Origin: Octopus sinensis
Lineage: Eukaryota
Length of the DNA: 64,000 nucleotides
Assembly (NCBI RefSeq): GCF_006345805.1
Contig: NC_042998.1
Location: 72,044,001-72,108,000 of the forward strand
Reading direction: 5' to 3'
Below, piece after piece: positions 26,460 through 38,446 of this stretch. The notes beneath the pieces were generated by a model. It saw only the letters and a program-made list of their open reading frames with translations. It did not search any database and was not told the origin of the DNA. Made by a program: the position numbers and the translations under genes. Position 1 is the stretch's first letter, and every line of letters begins with the position of its first letter.

Positions 26460-26855
26460 TTACATGCATCTGGGTTCAGTGTCACTGAATAGTACCTTAG
26501 AGAAGTGTCTTCTATAACAGCTTCGAGTTGACCAAAGCCGTGTGAGTGGATTTCGTAGACAGAAGCAGAAAAACGTAGTCGCATATATGCGTGCGCGCAC
26601 GTGTGTGTGTGCGTGTGTGTATGTGTGTGTATATATATATGTGTGTGTGTGTGTATGTGTGCGTGCGTGTGTATATGTGTTCCCTCTCCGCTTGACAACC
26701 GGTATTAGTGTTTTAATTTCCCTTAACTTAGTGATAGAATAATTTCTTGGCTTTTAAAAGCAGTCCTGGTGTCGATTTGATCGACTAAATTCCTTGGAAG
26801 AAAACGCCTCCCCAGCTTGGCCGCAGTCAAATGACTAAAACAAGTAAAGATAAAA
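26460..26855 (+). mobile_element. Degenerate tRNA-SINE (family of 37724-38127) with internal (TG)n
   Basis: gggttcagt...aagtgtcttctataa...gaccaaagcc.tgtgagtggattt.gtagac; tail cagcttggccgcagtcaaatgactaaaacaagtaaa. Confidence 0.8.
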
Positions 26856-26919
26856 TATATAAGATATATCCTAGCTAAAACTTCTTCATATAACATTAAT
26901 AATAATCAATGTAATTTAT

Positions 26920-27850
26920 GTATAAATGTGAAAGTCTTCATTTTAATGACCAAATCAGAATGACTTAATAAACGAGACGAGAAATATTAATTTGTTTGTA
27001 TAAAGATAAATTCATATTCTCGAAATATCGCTAAATCCTACTGATTCTTTAAATATCGCTAATCTCTACATTACAGGTTATTAACGGACCTCCTTAACAT
27101 CTTATTAGCTCCCATTATTATCCCACTTACCACTTAATATAACTTAACTTCACTTCATATTTTAAAGCAAATACCCCGATTACCGAACTATATATTATAA
27201 TCTACGTAATACAGTACGGCATAAATCCTATATTAAATTTCATTTGATAGCCAGAGTACCGACTCACACTACACGTTATAATTTTTTCATTGAGTTTATT
27301 GATTTTATGTACTCTTTAACTCTTTTTACTATTCTTTTACATAACCCATATGTAAACACTATATCATAATAGCATCCTTATTTAAACTAGGGCCTCCCTT
27401 GTAACTATAGGAACTAACTTAGAAACCACAAATTACCGTTACTTACTTCTAATAGCAACATGAGATATCCCCACCACATATAACTCCTTCGGCCAACATC
27501 CCCGGTCAAATTGTCACTGTCCCCACTTACTAATGAAGGAATCTACTAACACGTGGAAATTTACAAGTCACTAAAATGTAAGCCTACAGAATTTAACGAA
27601 CTTTTTTCATTTTCTTTTTATTTTTATTTGCCTTTCATTCCCTCTATTCATTCTGAAGGCGTTTATTAAATGATTTAATAAACAGAAACAGCTGTAAATG
27701 TCTCCAAATTATTTTAGATAATGACTTTTAAACACCAATGATCCACTTCTCATTGTTAATTATTGTTCCACTTCATATCTTCTCTATAAATTAAACCACA
27801 GTTTTACCTTAAAATTACTTACCACTTTATACCTTGTAACGAGTACAATA
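26920..27850 (+). mobile_element. PLE 3' end / pseudo-LTR remnant
   Basis: ESL...LNKRDE-like GIY-YIG terminus at ~26930-26985, followed by a strand-biased UTR containing a hammerhead remnant. Confidence 0.5.
27649..27700 (+). ncRNA. Hammerhead ribozyme, slightly degenerate core
   Basis: catt-CTGAAGG-c gtttattaaa tga tttaataaac a-GAAA-cagctg-TA-aatg: stem I catt/aatg, 10-bp stem II, palindromic stem III, GUA site; A9 altered. Confidence 0.65.
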
Positions 27851-28726
27851 TATAGTGAGGTAATACACCAGGAATGCCTTCGAATACATCTATGCCTTAG
27901 ATGGTTGCATAACCTCTAACTTATATCTTGCTTAACATATATATATATATCTATATACGCACACATATATGCATATTTAAATAATTGAGAACTACAATTT
28001 TAATCATGAATTCAGTGCATGAAATTTCGTATAATACTTGCGACTATCCTATTAAGAATACACTCACATTTACCCACGGATGTATACACACGCATACTGC
28101 TCATAAGCTCTCACTCACGCACACACGCGCACGCGCACGGACAGACACACACACACACACAGAGGTAAATACATAAACACAAACAATATATAAGTTTCAA
28201 TATAAAAATTTTCTGATTCTATACTTTCTGCACTCCTTTATACCGTCGATTATTTTACACGCAACCTATTGAAGTCGTTATATCATCTAGCATCTTATTC
28301 CACCTCCAATGTTGAAAGTTGGTACTTTTCATAGGCATTAGTAACCATGTTAACAAACGCTAAAATTTCAGCTTGAAGAGAATGCATGTCGGGCGATGGG
28401 AATTTGCGATATCATTTCCTCCCAAATTCAAAGTGAGAGGAAATCGCTTCAATGAGGAAATTATCAATACATGTATTGACCTGGCATCTATAGATTATAT
28501 CAAAGCGATCACACGTAAGAGAGGCACTGCACTGCTTTGATTAGTAACACAAACCGGAGTAAAATCTTCAGCCCATAATTCAAATATATTTGTAACATGG
28601 ATACTTTGTGATGCAATGCGCATCACATTGAGGCACTTTCAAACGTTCAATATATAAAAGCAGCGTCAGTATTAACAAATCGTTACAGACCGTCGCATGC
28701 ACCCACTCTCACATAGCTATCGATCC

Positions 28727-28728
28727 AT

Positions 28729-28820
<92 letters not shown>

Positions 28821-29079
28821 TTATTTATTTATTTGTTTTTCTGTTTGCCACTGCCTGTCTATCTATTTCTCTTCCAGTCTGTATGTCTGCCCATGCTGTC
28901 TGTCAGTTTCACTGTCTTCTGTTTATTTATCTATTTATCTCTATGTCAATATATTTGTCTGACCTCCTGATTGTCTGTCTGCCTAATTGTCTGTCAGCTT
29001 GTCTGTCTGTTTATCTATCAAAACATCTATCTATTTATCTATCTGTCTGTCAGTCTGTCTATTTAGCTATGTCTCTTTC

Positions 29080-29152
<73 letters not shown>

Positions 29153-29325
29153 TTATCTATTTATCTATTTATTTATGTATCTATCTATTTAGCTATCTAT
29201 CAATCTATCTGTCTTTCTATTTGTTTGTTTGACTGTCTGACTGACTACATCTTCATCTATTCATCTATCTATGTATCTATTTATCTATCTATCAGTCTGT
29301 CTGTCAATCTCTTTGTCTATTTGTC
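28727..29325. repeat. (TATC)n microsatellite with derived (TGTC/TTTA) variants
   Basis: Direct reading; source of the SIYL-repeat 213-aa ORF. Confidence 0.95.
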
Positions 29326-30175
29326 GAGAATAGAGTAAGTGGAGCAAGAACACACACGAAGCGATAAGTGTCGCTGAAGTGTTCACAGATATGTGACGAA
29401 CGATTTCCGGACAATAGACATATAAATTAGACTAATAACAAACGAGTGAAGAAATCAAAAGTATATCGTGCGTGTGTATATTTGGCAAAAAAAAAAAAAA
29501 AAGGAAATAGATAAATAAATAGAATGACCATCCCGAAATACAAAAATATACGTGTATGATTGTGTATAGAAGAAAGTATAACTCAAAGAAATTCCAACTT
29601 TGTCTGGTTTTCAGGTTTTACTTACTATCTTAGTAGTCACAACATTTGGGTTTTGCAATTTACAACTGTAGTGAGATGGCTAAACTCTGTGCTTCAAATA
29701 TATTTGTATAGGCACCAGAATGTTAATTTGTACAAACTGTATTTTGATCAATCAGTGTGTAGTTTTACTAAATTACTTAGCTGATTGGTGCTTGGAATTA
29801 CGCGTCACGTTTTGATGAACATGTCAAGAGACCAGTATTTTGACCCTGGCCAAAGCAGTATTTGTTGGGCTGTTTTTAAGAATGTTGGAGGCAACATTTC
29901 CCAGGGATTTTTACATTTCAATTATCATTTTCACCATTATCATCACCTTTATTATTGTCGTCGTTGTTGTTGTTTGTTATTGGTGGTGGTGGTAGTAGTA
30001 GTGGCTGCGGTAAAACAACTTTAAACCCTCCAAATGATATTATTTTTACTGACTTTTCCCTTGTCTTAGCTAGTATTTCCCTGCTATCGTCATCAAAAGC
30101 ACCTTTATTATTGCTGCTGTTATTAGTGGTAGTGATTGTAGCAGTAGAAATAGTACCTCTAAATATTAATATTAT

Positions 30176-30660
30176 TGTTTATTTAGCGTCGGTATGAATT
30201 TATTAATAAAGTTCTTTTCTCTGATTTTTCTCTCATTTTCACTTAGAATGTGTAGTTTGTAGAATGAAAATATTATAAATATTTTCCGACCACATGTTGC
30301 TAGATTGTTACTCAATGTTATCTGACGGACGTCTGATTCTCTAATTTGCTGTCGGTGCAAACGAAAATGTTCTAAGCGTGTATTTCCAGTCTGACCCACT
30401 TATAGTTCTTTACAATTCGGGCATTTGATGCAGTAAATTAAATTTCTGCTTTTGCAGTTCATGTTCTGTTTGTGATTATTTTTTTCAGTTTTTGTGTTCA
30501 TATATTGTCTGGTATGTATGAATTGGTATGTATCACATTCGCTGTCACTGCACTTAGATACAGTGAATGATTGGTCTTTGTGCTAAGGTCAAAATTTGCC
30601 TTTGTTAATAATTATTTCACGTTTAAAGGCTGTCTTTTTCTAAGAACCATAGCTCGCTTG
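30176..30660 (-). mobile_element. PLE GIY-YIG endonuclease remnant (Neptune-like)
   Basis: Minus strand RKRQPLNVK*LLTKANF, VSKCSDSECDT, NMNCKSRNLIYCIKCPNCKEL*VGQTG, HRQQI, REKNFINKFIPTLNK. Confidence 0.85.
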
Positions 30661-31104
30661 TATGTATGTATGTATGTATGTATGTATGTATGTATGTCAA
30701 TGTGCACATCAATATGTATTTGTACTGGTATATATGTTCCTTTCCAACTTACCTCTTTAGGTACATAAACGAGCACAAATAAAGCAAGTAGATATGACGT
30801 AAAATGAAATAAACTGAAACAAATCCATGTATGTGTATACGTGTGTGCTCATACATACATGTGTCTTAATGTATATATATATATATATATATATATATCA
30901 AACAAGCATTGATGACTTTGTTTAAATATTATTGTGTGTGTTACTGTATATATATAAGTATACACATGCATGTTTGCCAATTTTCCTAAGTCATTGAATT
31001 GGATTTCAAGTGTGTATTCAGTATGGTCAGAGGTTTATAAATTATATATCATTTAGATTAAGATACAAAAGTGTGTTGAATACTTTTGCGAACATGTTTG
31101 CTCA

Positions 31105-31284
31105 TTATGCACATTATTTAGATTCGACGGATATTTGTCCTCATATTTTTGGTTGTTAACACAACGTTTCGGCTTCATCAGCCTTCATCAGGTGTCTTAG
31201 GGAAATTTCGAACCAGGGTTCTCATCCCTAAGGTATTTTTGATATTATTATTATTAATATTATTATTATTATTATTATCAGTAG

Positions 31285-31329
<45 letters not shown>

Positions 31330-31780
31330 AAGTAGTAGTAGTATTGTTATTTTTCATGTTGCTGCTTAGTTTCGAACTCGGATTCTTAGAGTTAGTAGCC
31401 CACGCATAGTGGTATAGTGGTTAAGAGTGCGGGCTACTAACTCCGAGATTCCGAGTTCGATTCCAAGCAGTGACCTGAAAAATAACAATAACAATACTAC
31501 TACTGCTACTACTACTACTACTACTACTACTACTGCTGCTACTACTACTACTACTACAAATAATAAATAATAATAAATAATAATAATAATAATAACATCG
31601 AAAAATATCTTAGGAATGAGAACCCAGGTTCGAAATTTCCCCAAGACACCCGAAGAATGCTGGAGGGTATATCAGACGAAACGCTATATTAACAACAAAC
31701 AAGATGAGGATAAATATCCGTTGAATGTAAATAATGTAAATAATGTATAAAATTCCTCATCTCTTAAAAATAGAACTGTA
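31105..31780. mobile_element. Head-to-head pair of a tRNA-headed SINE-like element bearing a hammerhead tail
   Basis: Plus copy 31404-31780: A box TGGTATAGTGG (31410-20), B box GTTCGATTC (31455-63), (ACT/AAT)n, then a tail with a hammerhead remnant. Minus copy 31105-31405 is its 5'-truncated reverse complement. Confidence 0.85.
31158..31196 (-). ncRNA. Minimal type-I hammerhead ribozyme in SINE tail
   Basis: Reverse complement: gacac-CTGATGA-a ggct gatga agcc-GAAA-cg-TT-gtgtt. Stem I gacac/gtgtt, stem II ggct/agcc, palindromic ACGT stem III, GUU site. Confidence 0.75.
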
Positions 31781-31819
31781 TATTTGCTCATGTTTTTATG
31801 GTTATACACATGTATGCGT

Positions 31820-32999
31820 GCTAAATGGAGGGCTAGGCATGCCGTGGTTGATGATGCGCAGACATGCGCTGAGACTGCGACGTCTCCGACGCTTCATAGT
31901 CGACGATGAACATGTGTGGTCGCCTTTGGTGCGACACACTTTCCCGCAGCTCGTCTCCTTGGCCGAACTACAGTCGTGGAACAAAGAGAGGCCGAGGCTA
32001 GGCGAATGGCACCGCAAGTGTCGCGTTGCTCTCAAGCAACTCTACCGTCCGGCACCAAACTTGTGCGACTTCATTACAACAAAGGCGTTCTATTGAGAAT
32101 TAGTGGAGGGGAGGTGCGACGACGTTCTCGGGCAGAATCTGGGCGTCGACGATGAACACCTGACCCGCCTGTTCAGGACGACTTTCGAGCCGGGACCTAT
32201 GGACAATCACCAAAGATCCCTGGCCTGGCAGTGCTATCGAGAAGCATTATCTGTTCGGGATAAGCACCACAAGCACGGTTCGAGACACACTGGACCGATT
32301 TGCCCGAAATGCGGTCGGAGCGACGAAACCGTTCTGCACGCACTCGTGCAGTGTCCAACCATTTGGGAACTGTGGGCTTATGCTGAACGGCTGCTGTCGC
32401 ATGTCAGATGAGTCCGCCTGTCGGCCGAGTCCATCGTGCGAATCGCTCCGCCCCCTTCCCTCAACTGGAAAGGTAAGGCAGTTTTCATTGTACTAGTGGT
32501 GAAAGAATGTGTGTGGTGGACTCGAGCGAAAGGATTAGAGACAAACACTTACCTCTCTGGCCAATCGCTCATCAACTTTTTCAAGTACCACTTGAAAAGG
32601 AAGGTGAGAAGGGAGAGGTAGGTTTTGTCTCATGAAAGTTTCAAAAAAAGGTGGGTGAATGTGCGAGTGACGAAACCACTTTGAGCGTGATCCTGTAAAT
32701 CGTAAAAGAGAGAAAGAGCGAGAGAGAGCACTTTGCTCGTATGTGTTTATTTCCTCCCTGACTGAGAGGTTACCGTGGTCTTTAAACGCATGAATCTAAT
32801 CTTGTTTCTTACTTTAAAAAAAATATCCTTTCTGTGATATACGATCTCTTTTGATAGCCATTTTACCCCGATCCCTTTTGATCGGAATATTACATTTGTT
32901 TCGTTTTTTTTCCTTTTCTTTTTCCATATTCGAAAAGAAAATGTCTACAATTTGTATTTGTCCCCTCTGTGTTCAGCACTGTGTGGCCAATAAAGAAAG
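31820..32999 (+). mobile_element. Tx1/L1-clade LINE 3' fragment (post-RT region, zf-RVT knuckle, 3' UTR)
   Basis: GGLGMP, RSLAWQCYREALSVRDK, CPKCGRSDETVLHALVQCP, KECVWWTR; pyrimidine-rich 3' UTR ending aataaagaaag, followed by (TATC)n. Confidence 0.85.
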
Positions 33000-33079
<80 letters not shown>

Positions 33080-33099
33080 AATTATATGTATGTGTGTAC

Positions 33100-34500
33100 C
33101 TGTGTATAGAGATTCTTTTTTTCTAAAGTCATTTCATTAGATTTTAAGCGTATTTGTATGTTACTAAAAAAATGTCAAAGTAATTTTGTTAATGATTATA
33201 TTTATTTCAAGTAATTATATCACTGGAATATATATTTATACATTTAGATATATATTGAGATGGTGCCCTTAATGTTCATATTTGAGCTTACTCTATACTT
33301 TTATGATTATTATATAGATTTATTTGTTGTATTGCGTCATCAAAATCAATTTCATTGAAAGCTATGTAATATTATTATCTACATTAAAATGTATAAGTAT
33401 TATGCGGTTAATTAATAGTGATCGAATTTCAATTTTATTACTACCATCACAATTAAACTGATTTTTAAGTATTGCATAAGCGAACATATGTTATTTATGA
33501 CTATATTATGTTAGCTTTGTAATCGCTGTTATATTGAATTATACTAATTATACTTAAATTTTAAGTTATATTTTCCTAAAATTTGCATAAAATTAAAATG
33601 TATTATATTATTTACTTATTTAGTGGATGTCAATACTCAAAAGTTTTATTACTATTATTAAGTATATCTTTACTGAATGTAATGTGGTATATGTTATTTA
33701 TATTTTTATTCATACTAATATTCTTGTAAGTTTAATAACAATGCTTGGATTAAAAGTAGTTATGTTATCTGATATAGGGTAAATTTTCACGTTCGCTATT
33801 ATTATTAAAATGGAATTCTAGCATTATATTATATAAAGTAGTTTATCATATTTATATTTTTTTATTTCCAAGTATTTTAATTTATGTTTGATTTTTAAAA
33901 TTAATCCATAGTTACTATAGAGTCTCAGTGTATTTAATGTTTCAATTTATACTTTGTTTAATAAATTTACCTAATATTCTACATTATATCTAGAGTAATT
34001 GTAACAAATTAGAATCATTTAATGCTTGGTTATACTTATAGTCCATTTAATAAATTTATTTGATTTTCTAAAATTAGATTAATTATGGTAATGAAATATG
34101 TATCTTGCCCTAGCCGTTCAATTTACGTTTAGATATTATGAGCTTAAGTTATTACTACTTATTTTATATCCTATTCATACTTATAATTTTCACTTCCAAA
34201 GGCATATTCCGAGTAATATTGGCATGTCTATACTGACAAATTTCAGTTTCATAATAATCCCCCAATTAATTAAATTTTCTAAAGACATATTCTGAGTAAA
34301 GACACCAAGCTGAAATATTTTATCGCTGAGGGTTCAATAATTTGTGCATAGATTTTATTATTTTAAAAACTTCTCGGTGCATAAGCAACCTTTTCTATCT
34401 GAAATATAAGCCATGGCATCGCTTACAACTTCCCATTTAATCATAATCCTTACCATTATCCTTTAACATCCATAAATATTTGCTGAGAGTAGTATTATTA
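33100..34500 (-). mobile_element. PLE 3' end (GIY-YIG C-terminus ~34280-34500) plus AT-rich pseudo-LTR
   Basis: Minus strand NNTTLSKYLWMLKDNG, KWEVVSDAMAY, CLCTEK, LLN; extent of the UTR is inferred. Confidence 0.7.
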
Positions 34501-34712
34501 GTGCTATGCCTATTTCTAAAACATATATGTATATGTAAGTATGTATGTATGATTGCATGTATGTATGTATGTATGTATGTATGTATGTATGTATGTATGT
34601 ATGTATGTATGTATGTATGTATAAGGATAAGATCGTTAATTTAAAATAAAATCACGATTTTATCAATTGGCCAGCATGGAAAAATAACCCTCAAAGGTAA
34701 AAAATATTAAAA

Positions 34713-34838
34713 TTATAATTTAGGGTATCTATGAGATAACGCCATACTGAAAATAGCAGCCATGATCTGACTCTTTAGAGTGAGAACACGGCTGCTATTT
34801 TCAGCATGGTGGTATCTCATAGATACCCTAATTTATAA
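34713..34838. repeat. Hairpin element with ~49-bp inverted arms
   Basis: ttataatttagggtatctatgagataacgccatactgaaaatagcagcc versus ggctgctattttcagcatggtggtatctcatagataccctaatttataa; 28-nt spacer. Confidence 0.88.
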
Positions 34839-35252
34839 TATATATATATATATACACACATAAATACACACATAATATGAGTGCCTAATTCGCAAGTTTA
34901 CAACCGAAAGGCAAAAGTATAAACAGATACACACGCTCGACCACAGAGACACACACATACACGTCGAAGAAAATGCTCAGTCGCATTTACATTTTGAATT
35001 CAACTCCCATTTAGGTCAATTTTGCCTCTCATCTGTCCTCTAGATAAAATACTAACATGTTTTGGGGCGAAATGTTATCGAATTGCTCCTTGCCTTCCAG
35101 CTAGATTACTTAGAATCCGGCATGACCGCTGTCCCGTTTGGCTGGTAAATGTTTATTTTATCAATTTATACACCATGGAAATCAGGTTATCCACTTTATG
35201 TGCCTTAGCGGTGAGCAAAATATATACCAATGTATTAATATTTTTGATTTAT

Positions 35253-35415
35253 GCAGGAGTGGCTGTGTGCTATGTAGCTTGCTTACCAAACACATGGTTC
35301 CGGATTCAGTCCCAATGCGTGGCAACTTGGGCAAGTGTCGTGTACTTCAGCTTCGGGCTGACCAAAGCTTTGTGTGTTGATTTAGTAGACGATCACTGGA
35401 AGAAGCCCGTCGTAA
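35253..35415 (+). mobile_element. tRNA-derived SINE, 5' half
   Basis: gcaggagtggctgtgtg...atggttccggattcagtccc...cttgggcaagtgtc...gaccaaagc...gaagcccgtcgta. Confidence 0.85.
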
Positions 35416-35659
35416 ATATATATATATAGGCGAGGAAAAATTATTTAAGGTAAATTTTAGTAAAAATGGGTTTATGGAAAATTAAAAAACATAATAAAAC
35501 ATATTAAATCTAACCGGTTTCATCGAAAAGCAAATTTTCAAGAACTGAAAGTTGAAAATAATTTTTTTTCTAAATTGAGGAAGGGAAAAAAGAAATTTAC
35601 AATGTTTTTTTCAAAAATGTAATAATAAACATATACAAACATAACAGCACCATTTATTG

Positions 35660-35732
<73 letters not shown>

Positions 35733-35749
<17 letters not shown>

Positions 35750-36017
35750 GTGTGTATATATACACAGTAGGAATATGTTACAAAAAGAAAATATAAAATA
35801 CACGTGGAAATGTAAGGGGTAAGTAAGAAAAATCAACAAAAATGCACATTGTAAATAAAAAAAGAAAAGCCTTTTTATGAAAGGTAACGACAAATATATA
35901 CATTTAGATAGACATAGGTAGTAATAAAAGTCATAAAAGTCATTATGATGAGATGATTATAAAGCCAGAAAGCAAAGAATACAATGGTTTCGTCACAGCT
36001 ATGTATATATTATATAT

Positions 36018-36069
<52 letters not shown>

Positions 36070-36077
36070 TATATATA

Positions 36078-36156
<79 letters not shown>

Positions 36157-36419
36157 GTGTGTATATATACACAGTAGGAATATGTTACAAAAAGAAAATA
36201 TAAAATACACGTGGAAATGTAAGGGGAAGTAAGAAAAATCTACGAAAATGCACATTGTAAATAAAAAAAGAAAAGCCTTTTTATGAAAGGTAACGACAAA
36301 TATATACATTTAGATAGACATAGGTAGTAATAAAAGTCATAAAAGTCATTATGATGAGATGATTATAAAGCCAGAAAGCAAAGAATACAATGGTTTCGTC
36401 ACAGCTATGTATATATTAT
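35733..36419 (+). repeat. Tandem duplication, ~407-bp period, bounded by (TA)n
   Basis: cacagtaggaatatgttac...gtcacagctatg at 35763 and at 36170, with a few differences between copies. Confidence 0.92.
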
Positions 36420-36425
36420 ATATAT

Positions 36426-36496
<71 letters not shown>

Positions 36497-36574
36497 AATA
36501 ATATATAAATATATGCATATATACATACATATATGTACACAACTTCATATAAATGCATATATATATGCATATAT

Positions 36575-37700
36575 GAGTACAGGACATCAACAAAACGTTG
36601 AACACAATGAGAAAACATAGAACTTAAAACAAAAACATAGAAAACGAACATCTTTCCGAACAACGAAAAAACAAAACAGAGAAACTAGACATGCAACATA
36701 AAGAATTATTTTTTTATTGCCCATAAGGGGCCAAACATAGAGGGGACAAACAAGGACAGACAAATGGATCAAGTCGATTACATTGACCTCAGTGCGTAAG
36801 AGGTACTTAATTTATCGACCTCGATAGGATGAAATGCAAAGTCGACCTCGGCGGAATTTGAACTCAGAACGTAAAGACAGACGAAATATCGCTAAGCATT
36901 TCGCCCGGCGCGCTAACGTTTCTGCCAGGTCGCAGCCTTTATGCAACAAGAATATTCCTCTTCCTCAGTTGTCCCAGTTTCACCTGTCCGCGTGGCAAAG
37001 TTTAGGACAATATGAAACTTCGTTGAAACAGTCCTTCCCGCAAAGCAAATGAAATAAGATTTCTAACATTTTGCGGAGAGTGAAAGTGGTAACAAGAACA
37101 TATCAGTGAGAAAAAGTGAGTGAAAACAAACTGTAATGGTTGCTGAGCCAAGACGATAGAAAAATAATTATGAACGCCAGGAAGACAAGCTATGCGAGGA
37201 GACAGGTGTAAGCACGTCTTGTCTTTAGGAAGGAAATGGACAGAAATATGGGTTCCCTTTCGTCACGTGCCAGCGACGAGAGAATCAAGGAGGAAAACTA
37301 AGAGAGAGGGAACGGGAAAGAGGAGAGGAGAAGAATAGGGAAGAGGGGAGAGAAAACCAGAAAGGATAAAGGACAAGAGTGGGGAGAGAGATAGACAGAG
37401 AAGAGGTAGTAGAGATAGAAGACTGCGAATCGTATTATTAAGATAAAACTTACTTGGAAAAGGATGCGTGACGTTCGATCATATGATATAAATAATATAT
37501 AAATATAGTCCTATATACATACATATATTTAGATACCTACATATAGAAGTATATATATATTCATATATGGTTACAGGACATCAAAAAAGCGTTGAACACA
37601 GAGAGAAAGGAAAACATAAAAACAAAAGCTTAGAAAACGAACTTTTTCCGAACAAAAAATCAGAGAAACGAAACATGAAACACAAGCAATATTCCCCTTC
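36575..37700. mobile_element. Non-coding repeat with partial direct duplication of its end (pseudo-LTR-like)
   Basis: caggacatca.aaaa.cgttgaacaca...gaaaacgaac...ttccgaacaa at ~36580 and again at ~37574. Confidence 0.55.
36707..36937 (-). mobile_element. tRNA-derived SINE (family of 21859-22085) nested in another repeat
   Basis: Same head, core and tail as 21859-22085; imperfect TSD atgcaaca(ta)aagaat on both sides. Confidence 0.88.
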
Positions 37701-37723
37701 AATATATATATTTGTATATATAT

Positions 37724-37933
37724 CTCTTTTACTTGTTTCAGTTATTTGACTGCGGCCATGCTGGAGCACCGCCTTTACTCGAGCAACTCGACCCCGGGAC
37801 TTATTCTTTTGTAAGCCCAGTACTTATTCTATCGGTCGCTTTTGCCGAACCGCTAAGTAACGTGGACATAAACACACCAGCATCGGTTGTCAAGCAATGC
37901 TAGGGGACAAACACAGACACACAAACACACACA

Positions 37934-37974
<41 letters not shown>

Positions 37975-38123
37975 GACGGGCTTCTTTCAGTTTCCGTCTA
38001 CCAAATCCACTCACAAGGCTTTGGTCGGCCCGAGGTTATAGTAGAAGACACTTACCCAAGGTGCCACGCAGTGGGACTGAACCCGGAACCATGTGGCTGG
38101 TAGACAAGCTACTTACCACACAG

Positions 38124-38127
<4 letters not shown>
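37724..38127 (-). mobile_element. Near full-length tRNA-derived SINE with internal (TA)/(TG) tract
   Basis: Head gtggctgtgtggtaagtagctt...gggttcagtccc, CORE-like ccttgggtaagtgtc, tail ggcggtgctccagcatggccgcagtcaaataactgaaacaagtaaaagag. Confidence 0.92.
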
Positions 38128-38170
<43 letters not shown>

Positions 38171-38249
38171 ATATATATATATATATAATATATATATATA
38201 TATTATATATGTATATATATATATATATATACATATATTTATATATGCT

Positions 38250-38446
38250 TGTGTGTCTGTGCTTGTTCCTTCCAACATCGCTTGACAGTCGATGGTGGTG
38301 TGTTTACGTCCCCGTCATCTAGCGGTTAGGCAAGACAAACTGATAGAAGAAGTACTAGGCTTACAAAGATTAAGTCCTGGGGTCAATTTGGTCGACTAAA
38401 CGCGGTGCTCGATCAAGGCCGCAGTCAAATGACTGAAACAAATAAA

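Noticed and set aside
27000-27600. Mitochondrial insertion (NUMT), suggested by strand-biased A/C/T composition
   Set aside because: No recognisable mitochondrial gene or tRNA; flanked by a GIY-YIG end and a hammerhead, so better explained as PLE UTR.
28250-28560. Additional mariner remnant
   Set aside because: Only a vague F.P..K.RG.RF similarity; insufficient support.
28697-29338. 213-aa ORF (longest in the track) and the many YI/HT/CV-rich ORFs elsewhere
   Set aside because: Translations of (TATC)n, (TA)n, (CA)n and (CATA)n microsatellites; no coding evidence.
31404-31475. tRNA gene
   Set aside because: A and B boxes are present but there is no acceptor stem or cloverleaf; it is a SINE head.
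36940-36975. Hammerhead on the minus strand (CTGAGGA agag GAAT)
   Set aside because: No stem II and GAAA is broken; too degenerate to call.
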